From Auanema rhodensis (taxonomy: Eukaryota > Animalia > Nematoda), in contig OZ059897.1 of assembly GCA_964057225.1 (NCBI GenBank), positions 13,578,001-13,642,000 on the forward strand: a DNA stretch of 64,000 nucleotides, given 5' to 3'. The translations under genes and the position numbers were made by a program. The notes beneath the pieces were generated by a model, which saw only the letters and a list, made by a program, of their open reading frames with translations, had not been told where the DNA came from and searched no databases. Positions 22,201-35,974 of the stretch are shown piece by piece (the stretch's first letter is position 1; every line of letters starts with the position of its first letter).

Positions 22201-24881
22201 TTAAAACAAGAGTCCATTTTAAGTAAATGGAAAAGATTAACTAAAGACTTAAAAAGGCAATTTCGATAAGAAACTATGCATACATGGGAAACAGACGATG
22301 AGAATAGTGATCATAAAAGTCTGGATATCAAAGAAACATTGTCTCACATTGGATTCGAGAATGATGAAGAATCATCCTTTGTCTGCTGTGTGAAGGGGGA
22401 TAAGCTTCAAGCCAACAGACAGCCTCGTTAGTATGTGATGGGGGCATGTACGCTTATGCGAGAGCTTCTGTTGTTCGCTTAAGCCTAAAGTCATCAATTC
22501 TTCATTCCACTTAGAATCATTTCGTGTCAAGAGTCAATTTTCCCTCCAATTGGCTTTATGCAGTAGTCTGTTGGACTTGATTTCTTAGCTCTAATCTGTG
22601 TGCAATACAAAACCATTTGCATACAACTTGTTGCTTGAACTTTATATATTTCCAAAATATCATAATTCCTTATTTATTATGATTATATTAAATATATTAA
22701 AAATAATTTTAATAATATTAAATGTTCAAGCATGTTATAAGTATCCGCAAGGTAACACTATTATAGCATCTGAATCTTAAACATTCTCTTTTAGGCAAGC
22801 GAAATCCATGTGATGATCTGAGATGTGGCCCAGGAGAAGATTGCGTTGTTTCTCATGTATAAACTTTACAAAAAGTTTTATTGAAAAACAAATTTTATTT
22901 CAGACAAACGGTATTCTATCAGCTACATGTGTATGTCCAGCTTCTTGCCCAAATTATGGAGATGCAGGTAACAAGATTTTTTTCTTCTAAATAGAAAAAT
23001 TTATAATTTTTTATATTATTACTATTATATAATTTATATAAATATTATTTTAAAAATATATATTTAGTTGATTCATCACCCGTTTGTTCTACAAACGGTG
23101 TAGATTATCCATCGTTATGTAAGATGAAGCAGCATGCTTGTTCTGCAAAAACTAATATAACAGCAAAATATTTTGGAAAATGCGGTTAGCTATTTCAATT
23201 TACTGAGCCTATTGTATAAATTTCTTTATTCTTTCTAGATCCTTGCCGTGATTTCACATGTCCCACTGGTACATCTTGTCATTTAGGTGCTCATCGTAAA
23301 CCAGAATGCAGGTAATAAAAGCTTTTCCTTGAGAGTTGATTTGAGAGTTATATTAATCTTCAGATGCAGTGAACAATGTCCTCTAAATTTTGATCCTGTC
23401 TGTGGGACTGATGGAAAAACGTATGCTTTAAAAGATTAACGCAAATATAAAAAACATTTTTCTTAGATATTCAAATGAGTGTGTTATGAGAGTCTCAGGC
23501 TGTAAGCTGGATCAAGCACTTGAAGTTTTCAAGAAAGGGAAATGTGAAGGTTTTTTACTTCAAATTCATTTCAATTTATTAATTTTATTATATTAAAGAT
23601 ATTAAAACACCATGTAGTGATTTGACATGTAGTCATGGAGCTCAATGTCAAATACGTAATGAAACAACAGCTAGTTGTGAATGTGATGCTTCTTGTAGCC
23701 AAATCATGAAGCCAATCTGTGCAACAGTAGGATAACTCTAACGTTTCAGAAAATATTGTTTTTTAGAATGGCATGACTTTTGATAATGATTGTGAACTTC
23801 GAAGATATGCTTGTGAACAAAAAGCTAGAGTTGCAGTTAAACATCAAGGAACCTGTGGTATGCTTGTCTTATTTTTTACATTTAAAAAATTGTTTTGAAT
23901 AAGCATACACCATTCTTGTAGTTTTTTTGTAAATTAGCATTTATATCCCGTGACGTATAAGCATATTCTAATATATATCACGTGCAAAGAGTTTAACGTA
24001 ATTTTTCCTTTTTCCTTTTTATTTTTTTTCAAACACGAGCAAGCTAATGAACTATATTCATTTTTAATTGTGCCATTACATAAATTAAAAAAAACATTAT
24101 TCCAGGTTTTGGTCTCTGTGCTTCCTTTGAAGGATGTGTAGCTCCACAAGTGTGTATACTAGTTCAAGAGAAGCCTGTATGTGCCTGTCCAGAATGTTCC
24201 GATGAACTAAGAGAGGTTTCTATTATTTAAAAAAATTTATAACTAATATTCAATAATTTAGGTTTGTGCCAGTAATGGTAGAACTTATCCGAATGAATGC
24301 AAAATGAGAAGAGAAGCATGTTTATTGGATGACAAGTTTTATGTAAAATACAATGGTGTTTGTGGTTCGTTAATTGTGAAAATTTATAATTTGTAAAAAT
24401 AATTATTCATAGATGGTTGTTCCAAAATTTCTTGTGAATTCTACTCTGTTTGCATTTCTGATGGAATTTCAAAACCAGGTTGTCGTTGTCCTAATGATTG
24501 TCCCAATATCAAAGATACAAAAGTATGAAATTGTTGTTTTATTTAATTTTTTAAAGACTATTGTAGGCTCATGTTTGTGGAACGGATGGTGTTACTTATT
24601 CATCAGAGTGTCATCTTCGACGTAGTGCTTGTGAGCAGAAGAAATTTATTGTTGTGGCATTTAAAGGCAAATGTGGTAAGCTAATTAATTTTTAACTAAT
24701 TACGTTAATTATATTGTATTTATATATATTTTTTGTTGTTTTAGATGCATGTCAACATGTAGAATGCAGATACGGAGAAGAATGCCGTAGTGGGATATGC
24801 GTATGCAGTTATAATTGTCCAAGTAATCCACCAGCTTCTATGAAAGTTTGTGGAGAGAATGGAGTAAGTTTATTTTATTAT

Positions 24882-24961
<80 letters not shown>

Positions 24962-27900
24962 ATATTAACTTTCAATTAATTAAAAAATTTATATAATTAA
25001 ATTATTTTTTTTTAAATAATAATATTTTTCAGGTTTTATATCCGTCTGAATGTCATTTACAATTAGCCGCATGTCAGAAAAGTTCTCCGATTTCTGTAAT
25101 GCCATTAGCTCATTGTCATTCATCAGTATCAACGTTCAGTGGTAAGTTAACACTAAATTGATTGAACTGTGTTTCTTATCCCTTTCTTTCTAGTTTACAG
25201 TCTTTTCACTCATATTAGTTTATTGTTTTTTCTTTTAGCGACTTCTATGCCTTTTTTTTTTGCTTTAAGTTTTTTTTATGTTTGATGTAGCTTACGATAA
25301 GTTGAAGGTTACTCTTAGAACTCATAATTGGATGTGATCTAAACTGATTATCGGCTTTTTTCATCTTTCAAGTAATGATAGATAGTTTCGCTTTACTTTC
25401 TGTTCTATCATTATCTAATTATCTTTTTGAAAACAAAAAATCGTTTGTTATAGCTCGTTACATGTGTTCAGCTTCAAGCTGTTCTCATGGTGGCTATTGT
25501 TCAACAGATTTATCACAATGTATTTGTGAGCCGAAAACTTGTAAGGAACGCAATTATTCTCAGTGTGGTTCTGATGGCAACGTCTATCTGAATCAATGCC
25601 ATATGAATATTGTTTCATGTTTGGAACAACGTGATATACATGTTCAGCCCCGTCTATCAGATTGTGCCCAGAGAAACTATGGTCTCATATGCAAATTTTC
25701 AACAAATAATGTTTAAATCTATTAATATATGTTATAGATACATGTGAATGTAATCGTATTGGATCGATTGGCCCAGCTTGTGATTCAGATGGATTTTGCG
25801 CGTAAGTTTCAAAAATTCAAATTATTCTAAATTTATTAATTATATTCTATTTCAGATGTCGTGCTGGAATTGCTGGTAAAAAATGTGATCATTGTTTACC
25901 TTCATTTTGGGGAATACATCTGATTGCTAACGGAGCATTATCATGTCAACGTATGATCAAATCAGATACTCAACAACTTACTTTTTCTAATTTTCAGCAT
26001 GTGGATGCTCAGCTTTCGGATCAGCTCGGGCTGATTGTGAGCAAAGTACTGGAAGGTAGGATGAATTTTTCAAATATAATTGAAGCATAAGATATTTAGA
26101 TGTGAATGTAAAAATGGAGCATTTGGAGATAAATGTGATAAATGTGGATCCGATATGATTATGACACCCAGTGGTTGTGTAAGTAAAGAAGAATATCATT
26201 CACCAGGGTATGCATTTTTAATTTTGTATTCAATATATTCAATATAATTATTATCATATTTTATAATTTTTTATTTAGTGATTGTAATGAATTGAAATGT
26301 TATCATGATGCTATATGCTCTTCTGAGCCTGATGGATCACTTCCAGATTGTATATGTCCAGAACAATGCAACTCTAATCATCTAGGAATTGGTATAACAT
26401 TCTTCATTTATAAATATTTTTTTATTTTTTTGTAATAATTTCAGCTGCTAATATGACTGTTTGTGGAACTGATGGTGTTACGTATGAAAACTTCTGTCAA
26501 CTTCAACAATTTGCTTGTAAGCATCAAATCGATTTAGTTGTTAAATCTTTGGGAATTTGTGATGAAGGTAAAATAAAATAAAATATTATATTTTATTATA
26601 ATATTTATTTATTATAGAATCAGAGATTGTAGATAGATTTGAGAGAAATAAGGATTCTACAGTTCGCCTTGGCTCACATTGTACTTTACCTAGTGATTGT
26701 GCAGAGGTGCGTTTGTTTATTCAAAATATTGAAAATACATATATGTATATGCATGTTTGTATGTTTTCTTAAATAATAATTATAATTCTTTCACCCTACA
26801 TGCAGTTTGTTGTTTATGGATATCCTTTTTTTGATATTTCTTTAAATCCCTAGCTGGCAAACATTGTTTGTCTGTCTATAGTTATTCATATATGTAACCA
26901 AGCTCTAAAGTTCAGACATTAATTATTTGAATAAAAATATGTTTTCATTGTAATGAAAAAATATAAAAACTATAAAACATATGTATTATTGTATATATCT
27001 GTTTAGATTAATGCAATTTGTAAGCTTCGAGCTAATCGTCGCGGAGTATGCTCATGTTCAGATGCATCTCGAAGAACAATGGATGGACGTTGTGAAGTCA
27101 TTAATGAGATAGGTTGGTTACTTCTTGATGCCATTTTTCTCAAATCTTTCATACGCCAACACATATACATATAAGATAATGTAGTCATTTAGTTTATTAA
27201 CTCAACTCAAAAGCTAAATATACATTATAGTAATCTGGCACATAGTTAAATATTTATGTTTTTTTTTCTTTTGAAATAGTCTTTTGATCTTTTGAAATAG
27301 AATAGAATATAATATTATTATTATTTCATTTTATTAATTTCCATTTTTTTAAAAATTTGGAATGGTTTATGATTATGATATTTTACTTTACTTTGTGTGT
27401 TTTTTAAGAGGAAATGAAATTAGATGTCAAGATTAATGGACGCAATGGTTATAGAGTTGACATAAAGGATTTATATTTATATTTTAATTTTAGTCTAGAG
27501 GTAATCTTATGACCTTTTAATAATTGAAAAACATTTTATTTTTTTCCTAGATTAATCCACAGGTTTCAAATGGATTAATATTACTTGGAGAAGGTGAAGA
27601 AGGATCCAACTTTCAGCTGAGATTAGAAAATCGCCGATTTGTTGTTGAGTAAGTTTAGCTGTTTTCTCAGAAATACAAAGTTCTTCATCGAAAAAAAAAT
27701 AATTTAATCAAAATCAAGTGCATGATGAAACGTCTCTGAGTGTTCAGAATGTTTGAAGTTTAGAAAAAAAAACATATGTTTATGTACAAATATTCAACAA
27801 TGAGTTATCCTAGTAAAAATACTAAGACTAATATTAATGTGACACAAAAAAAAGTTGCAAAAGCTATTAAAGCCACCATGAATATGGAAACAAAATGTCC

Positions 27901-30900
27901 AAACGTGTCAGCATCGTACTCATTCATACAACATGGAAACCAACTGCATCGAAGATGACGTCCTTGGATTGAAGAATATTCACATGACTAAAAAATGAAA
28001 TGTATATCTATATATATCTATATCTATATATATATTAACTTTTTTTTTGTTTTTAAATGAAATTCAGATCTAGTACATGCTTTTGGTTTGGTTTCAACAG
28101 GCTTGATTTTGAAAAATTTAGTTAGAAAGAATACAGAATACTTACACCTTCATCACTACCATTATCATCATCTACAGGAGCACGACTATATTGTGAACTT
28201 CTTGGTGATATGCCGATCGCTCCTTTTCCTGGTTCAATTGAAATACTTAAAGATGGGGCCCTTGAATTGCTTAAAGCATTATTTGCTTTTTGTAAAAAAA
28301 ATGTATTAGGCAATGTATTTCTTAGGAGGAAGATAATTCAAACATCATACCTATTGAATATTACCATAACGTTCAACTATAGAGCTTGTTAATATATTAT
28401 AGAGATATATAGAAAATATAAATATTTGATAGAAAAATGATCAATAACTCTGAAGAATTTTAAATTATTAGTTCTTATCTTCATATTGTCTTATTGATTA
28501 TTCTATACGGTTTGAACTGATTAGTTATAGTTTGAGAATAATTTTGATGATATAATCCAAAGTTTAAAATGAAAAAAGTCAGATGATATTAATTTGAATT
28601 AATTTTTTTTGCAGAATTGGAGATGATTTATTATATTCAAGAGATTACGTTCCATTACATCTGAATAGTACAGTTAGCTTAGTATGGAAAAACAAGTTGG
28701 CCACGCTGCATACATCAGATGCTCGTGTATCTATGAGAATTGAAACAAAAAACCAGAAACTTCGTAGTTTATGGATTGGTTCAAATACGTATGAATAGTT
28801 ATATAATATATGTTTTAATTATATTATTATAGTTTACAATTTGGAAGACCAAATGAGGGTACTATTTGGAAATTGAATGTTAACCAAAATCCTATTTACC
28901 AGAATAATGTTATACCATTAAGTAACTTTGAAGGTAGCATTGATGATGATTTAGAGTACTTTGAGTAATCACTTATGTTTTTAGGCAAAGCTTCTCATCC
29001 ATACTTACACCCATTGTCATTTGTTGGAGATGGATATTTAGAATTTTTCAATGTTTCTATTGATATTCGTAACAGAGCAGAGTTTGAGATACAGTTGAAA
29101 CCAGTTGGTGGCGATGGTACGAATTATATTTCTATATATTTTTTATTTTTATTTTTATTTTTATTTTTAAGGATTAATATTACATTGGACTTCTACACGT
29201 AAAGAAGAATTTAATGATGATTTTATATCTCTTTTCCTTATTGGATATGAACCACATTTATATTGGGATTTAGGATCAGGAGTAGGACATCTAAAGTTTG
29301 TACTAATTTTATTTTATTTTAATATTCAATATAATAATAATATTATTATTTTGTAGAGGAACAGTGTTAAATAGCCAACAGTTCAATACAATACGTTTTG
29401 GACATCATTTCAAAAATGGTTCTATTTCTGTGAATGGAAAATCTCCAATATTTATGAATTCACCGGTAAATGTTTTCACCTAATTGCATGAGAATGCCCA
29501 AAATTTTTTATTTCATATTTAAAAAAGATTTTATAATTTTTGAGAAACGGAAGAAAATTGTTTTACATCTTATAAGTATTCAGAATCTTTCATCAACTCC
29601 AAATTCCAAAGCAATCCATAGAAAGCAAAACTCTTGAGTATTTTTTTCAATTCGATAAGTACATGAGAAGCAGAAAAAAATGAAATAAAAAATAAGTCAC
29701 AACAGCATAATTTGGCAAATTTATGTATGGTTGAATGAAACATAGTTAGGAAGTTTGAGCTTTCAAGTTTTTTTTCTATCATATCATTTTCAATCACATT
29801 CTAAAACTTAATCATATATACGTTCAACTAATAAAAAACATTTCAAAACGTTTTGAAACTTAGAATGTTCTTATTGAGACTTTTTTCCTGTTTACTATCT
29901 GTTTTTAAATATGTCTCGTGTAACATTGCAATGATTCAATGTTTAGTTTTGGTAAAAATAATCATTATACTTTTCAGGGTCGTCAACAACACCTGGATAT
30001 TTTGCATGAAACACTTTATGTAGGTGGTTTACCACCATCAAACAATGCTGAGTCTGATGATGAGAAGGACAGGGACGCCCTTCCGAATCATCATTTAATA
30101 TCATCGGAGCTTCAGTCGAGTCTTATATCCCGGAAATCCATCGAGCCTTTCCGAGGACGTATTGACTGGATATCTATTAATGAGCAGATGTTGGATTTCA
30201 GAATGGTGAGCTAGCTTAAACATTATAAAATTGAAAAGGCAACAGGGTTTTCTATAAAATGTTTTCAAACTCGAAGGTAAAATGATATTGATATCTTAAT
30301 TTCAATCTCCACAACTTTTTCCGTACGCTATGACATACTTGATCAAATCATTGTTGGAATGAAAAATAGTTAAGCTATTTACATGAAATATTGAAATGTT
30401 TACATGAAATAACTGATATGTATGTACATTTCAAGAAAAAGGACGTCCGATCTGAGTCTTAAAAGCCTCACTTTTGGAGAACTCCTTCGTATTGCTCTTG
30501 TCTTGTCTATTCAGCGGAAAACTGACGTTTATCCGTTTGCTCATTTTCTCCTAAAATTGAACCAAACATAGGAAATATTTTCTTTCCTTTTTTTCAACGC
30601 AATAGTTAATATATAGTAATAATAATCTATTATTTCAAAAGTATTCTATACTCTTAGATCATGTTCAGTACTATTTTCTAAAAATTATAGATATAGACAA
30701 GGAAACACATACTAATAGTTGTTTTTTTGGTGCATTTAGTATTTATGTTAAATTCATTTTATAAAAAGAAAAAGAAGATAATAAGTATTTAAATAATTTA
30801 TTAATACAGTTTATTATAACATGGATATAAACCATAATATTACGATTACATTCAAAGTCAAAAATTCAAAGTTCAGAATTACAACGAATGTGTAAATCTC

Positions 30901-33900
30901 ATTAAAAATGGCTGTTTTTTGATGTTTGTGTCTCAGAAAAAAATGTGCTCGATGTTCGTGTGATAGTCATCATTGTCTTAAAATAACGTTGATATATGCA
31001 AAATGACGACAAAATGTTTTAAACTTCTGTTGTCACATTTGATGAATTTCTTGAGACGTTTGTTAGTGGCCATGCAATAATCGTTGATAGGAGGATAACA
31101 TCAGAATTTTAAACAATGAATTAATCGACGTTAATAAGGAAAAGAAGTAATATATATATGTTTATTCCAACTTAACGTACTGAGATCGAATTAAGAGAAG
31201 GTATTAACAGAATAAATCAGGAAAACGTGGGTGATTCAGAGGAAAAAGGAAGACGGGGGAGATATAATGATAGAGAGAGACATTTAAAGGTGTGGGTGTA
31301 GTAGATTGACTGATCATAGCTGAGATATATTGATAAAAAAAACATTTTTTAGCTGAATATTGCTAATTGACCAAACACAATCAAAGATGTCGTACCACTA
31401 GATGTATACGCTTTCTTTACACATCTGAAAAAGCGGAACTTGTAACAATGCTGCATTGCGAACAGTACTATAGCTCAATTAAATGTTTCAACCGGATGTA
31501 CAAGCGTGACTAGCTTCATCAGTCGTCCAAAGAAACTTTTGGAACTTTTGTGAAAAACGAAATTGAACTATGTGCATAAGAAAGCAGACTAAACTGACGA
31601 TTGTTCAATGTATTTAGTCATGTCATTGTTCAATCTTCAGAAGTCACACGATGTTAATCAAATGAAGATCAAACAATAATCTAGATTACTACCATATTTC
31701 ATTTAGATAACTGATATCCTCTATACGTTGAACAAAGATTGAAATTACTACCTGTTATGTTTAGATCAGAGAAAAACCAGCAGAAGATTAGCCCAGTCTA
31801 TAGTAAGCATTAGCCCTTGCTCTGCTTAATGACTCAGTTCTTTTGGTGTTTTGCACACTTGGCATCTGAAAAAAAGAAAAATGGTTTTGTCGAAGACGCT
31901 TACATGAAATGTATCTATCTAATTTGAAATTATCTTTACTTTGTCTTCTTTTCTTAATTAACAGAATCGTTAGCTTATACGTAATAGGCAATGTTTTGAA
32001 GAAGAAAAAAAAGAAGAAGACATGACGACAAGTTATGTTTTTGAACTTGCCTCAAATGAGGCTTTGTTCCTTATTCGAAAGACAATGATATGTTTTTTTT
32101 CCATATTGTCATGATATTTTCTAGTTGTTTCAACTAGGTAAAGATAGGGTGAGAGAAAGAAAAAGAGAGAGAGAAAGAGAAAGAGAAAAAAAGAGAGAAA
32201 CTACGATTAACTATATAATATACCACAAATATGTTAGCTATTTTGAACAAGATGTCAAAAGTTTTTAGGATAAATAGGTAAGTAACTTCTGAAAAAAAAT
32301 TGCTTTGTATTCGCAGATTTTATCTTTTGTTTGAACTTATTTTATTCATGCTCAAAAAAACATATGCTAGTTATTTTGAACAAACCTAAGTTTTTAAGAA
32401 ATGCTCTTTCATAAAGAAATAAAAGATATATAGTGGTAATAGAAAAAGAAATAAACAAACTAGATCGCTTAGTATATCATAATTCAAAACATATTCTACA
32501 AGCTTTATTACAACTTTATGATCTATCTATATATGTTGCTTACGTCACTTCATGCAACGAATATTACTTATTGTAAATGAGTGATGAGTATTTTTATAGA
32601 TTGAATAGATATGAATGAGAATATTTTGAAAAATGACAATGCTGATGACTTGCCTGCATTTCAATATTTCTCCAGATATGTTGAAAGTTTCTCTTTGGTA
32701 AAGCATACTCATCTTGATAGTCAGAAGTATCTGTAGAGATAATAATGTATTACATAACTGAGGTTGTTCATTTCTCTCTCTCTCTTTCTCTTTTTCTCTC
32801 TCTTTACCATCTTTTCACAATTCCCCTCTGTACATCACTTATTTCAATGTTTTGGCGCAAACTTCTAGAAAGGCTCAATGCAAGATGTGCATTGAATACT
32901 CTCACGGTTGTACAAAACTGTGTTACATACCAATGCTGAAAGCTTGACAAGCAACTAGGATAGCACAGAATACGAGAAGCTTGAAATTCATGTTGGGCAA
33001 CGGTGTAGTCGATGAGAATTCTGAAGAAGACGCTTTGAGACTCTGGTCGGCAAGCTAAATGTCTTATCCTACGCTAGTAGGCGTGGCTTTAAGAGGAGGA
33101 GCCTTGGACCAAAATTTAAGAAAGAAAATGCCTTTTTAAGATTTTCTAGCTCAATGCTATAGAAGATGTGTATGTAATAATATAAATAAAGTGAAAGCAT
33201 TATGAGAAAACAAAAATAAAAAATCTAAATCAAGTATATAACTTTAAAAAAATCTTCGAAAGGTCTCAAATATCATAAAATTATATCCGTAGCTTCATTT
33301 ATGTTATCCGTTTTTTCATCTCCTTATCCTTATTTGGTTTATTCATAAAATTAGTACTAGTCAGACAAAAACCAAATGTTTTTGTAGAATTGAAATCAAA
33401 ACTAAAAATATGAAGAAAAATCTTATGGAATGTTCTAGAAAAACTTAATTTGCTCTAAATACTTTTCATTCAGGCAAAAATCAAAGGAGAAGTCTCACGC
33501 AATATTCGTTGTTCACAGAATTGTGATTTTGGAGAAACATGTTATCAAAAGAAAAATGATCAGTTTTGCCGAGGTAAAATATATTTAATATATAATTTGA
33601 ATAAAGAAAAATTAATTAAATCATAATAATAAAAACTAGGTTTAGGTGCCACCAATGTGACGTCCATTCAGCTCTCCGGCCGCCATGACTTTGGATATCC
33701 AAATTCTGGAGATAGATTGTATTTTTGTTTTTATATATTTTGATAAATTATGCAAAAAAGTAATTTTCAGCTTGTCATCAACTAATTCGTCTACATTTTC
33801 ATTCGAATTCAAGCCTCAGTCTTCAAATGGCATCATTTGGTGGGAATCAACATGGTTAGCAAGAGAGGATGGAGATTTTTTCATCATCTACTTAACAAAG

Positions 33901-34846
33901 GGTATGATTATATATATATAATATTATATTTATAATTTGTAATTTTGAAATATATGCACATTCTTGAACATATTTTTATTTGATGAAATAGTAAAGAATT
34001 GTCTTGCAGGTCAACTGAAAATGGGATTAAATTTGGGAAATGATCTGAAGTTTCGTCCAGTTGTATTAAAAAATAAAATTGAAAATGGAGAATGGTATAC
34101 AATAAATGTTGATAGGTATAGAAAAAAAAATTTAATATAGTTTAATTGATTTTAATTTGTTTAGAAAAGATCGAAGAATCCGCGTAAAAGTAAATTCTGA
34201 AAAAGAATTAACAATCGTAACAACGCCTGGTTCAACAGAATTAAATACAAATGGAATTGTTTATTTAGGTAAGAATCATCAATTTAAGATTTCTTTTTTA
34301 TTTCTTAATAATTCAATAATAAAACTTAATAATAATTCTAAAACTATTATTATAGTATCATTCATTTTTTTAAAAACCTAATTGCATTAAAATTAGAATC
34401 AAAAAAAAAGCTTACACTAACTTATTACGCAAAAACAAATGTCATGAAAAATGAAAGAAAGGTTCTCATGCTTGTTTTTATGTTAAAATGTCGTAACATA
34501 TTATATTTGAGATATTATTTCTAAAAGTCAAATAAGACATAAAAAAAAAAGAAAATCATAAACCTATTCATAAAATAATAATTTTGACAACGATATATAT
34601 TTTTTTTTCATTTTATTTTTGGTTTTGTTTATAAGTTAATCACAAAACAAATTTGTTATATTTATTCTTAATTATCTATCTATCAATTTTAAATTTTTAG
34701 GCGGCAGGAAAAACTGCAAGAAATCATCTATTCCTGTACAATCTATGTTTACCGGATGTGTGAGGAATTTGGTTCTTAATATGAAACCCGTGAACTTATT
34801 ACATGATTCTATTTCGGATGTTATGCCATCAGCATGTGGTGCATGA
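19246..34846 (+). CDS. agr-1: Agrin: signal peptide, NtA, 8 follistatin/Kazal repeats, 2 laminin-EGF, 1 follistatin, small Cys module, degenerate LG, LG, EGF-like, LG
   Basis: About 43 GT-AG exons join in one frame from MSILYSTHLKYLLLIFVFIILLSQLVNA (signal peptide). The path runs through NtA (ADVVLSATIREV...RRIFKGRE), repeated PVCGTDGxTYxxECxL Kazal motifs (21608-25681, 26279-26567), laminin-EGF (CECNRIGS..., CGCSAFGSARADCEQSTGRCEC) and LG domains (LYWDLGSG, LYVGGLP, PGSTELNTNGIVYLGG, FTGCVRNL) to TGA at 34844-34846. Confidence 0.92.
24885..24957. repeat. (AT)n microsatellite
   Basis: AT run of about 70 nt in an agrin intron. Confidence 0.95.
27805..28367 (-). CDS. Nested antisense gene in an agrin intron: small putative tail-anchored membrane protein
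   Basis: Exon about 28320-28146 (..KANNALSNSRAPSLSISIEPGKGAIGISPRSSQYSRAPVDDDNGSDEG) ends at GTAAGT in phase 0. Exon 27987-27805 follows a ttttttag acceptor in phase 0 and reads SCEYSSIQGRHLRCSWFPCCMNEYDADTFGHFVSIFMVALIAFATFFCVTLILVLVFLLG*. The 5' end is uncertain (candidate ATG at 28367). Confidence 0.65.
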
Positions 34847-35206
34847 TGAGAGCTGATATCTTTATATATTTTTCCTTTAACTATTAACTAATAAGTTAGA
34901 ATAATAGATCCAATAGTTTTGATGAAGAAGCAAAAAGATTTTTCTTAATTCTTCAAAATTTCATTCGATATTACAACCTTTACATAGTTATCAGTTAAAT
35001 GTTCTGTTCACATAGATTTAATCTAAATATTCTTGAATGTCTTTCTCTGATTTTCTAAAACAATTAATTTGCACATTTATTTTTTTTTATTTTATTCCAT
35101 ACTTTTGGAATTGAAAGCATTGTTGTTTTCATCAACTAGTCTTTTCTTTATTCAATGCTTGATTATGATTTACTGGTAGAATGATTCTCTTTTTATGATG
35201 TATATT

Positions 35207-35212
35207 AATAAA
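35207..35212 (+). terminator. Probable poly(A) signal of agr-1
   Basis: AATAAA about 360 nt downstream of the agrin stop. Confidence 0.45.
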
Positions 35213-35974
35213 AATATATTTTTATTTCCGCGTACTTGAGTGAAATTGAAAGAATTACTTTATGTTTCAAAGTTTAATTCAATATAACCTTTAGCTTTTC
35301 CTCATTAAATTCCTGTTTTCTTCAATAATATATAGGGATAGATGTGCATGTTTGCTTATACATACTTGTCCTTCAGTACTAGCAATGCAAAATGCAACTC
35401 TTCATATACAATTAATTGAACCAAAATAATTTATAGTAATCAACATTAATTCACATGAAATATTAGCTTTTCCTTTGAAAAAAAGCTTTCACCTACTATT
35501 ATTTCTAAATAATATCTGCAAATCTATTTAATATGTATAATGATTTCATAAATCTACAATTTATTAGATACTATACATCAATGAGCAATGATATCGAGGG
35601 TTGTCATAAAACAAAACGAGCAAAAAAGTATTAAAGAAAAATAACAAAAATACACAATTGCTTGGAATAATTGATCTGATGGAGGAAAGAAAATTAATGG
35701 AAAGTATGGGGAAAAATCTCTACAATGAAGTTTCTACTATGAGGCCTTTTTGTCTCTCGATATAAGCCGAGACTACCAGCTCGAAACTCTAAATTTCACA
35801 CAAAGATTTTTTTTTAATAAAAACAATGAAACAAAGAGAAGTTTGAAAAAAATTTCTTGACTTTGCTACTTGTTTCAGAAAATACTACTCAAAACATTAC
35901 TAAATGTTACTCCTTGTCGAAATTTAGGGGGAGCAATTTTTCTTTTTGAACTTCGTCGTCTTTGTATTCCTCTT

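Noticed and set aside
28088-28392. Plus-strand ORFs as extra agrin exons
   Set aside because: Agrin splices in frame from 27648 to 28615 without them, and the splice signals here favour the minus strand.
33719-33770. Vertebrate-like agrin z-site alternative exons
   Set aside because: An intron lies at about the equivalent LG3 position, but it is only 52 nt, leaving no room for insert exons.
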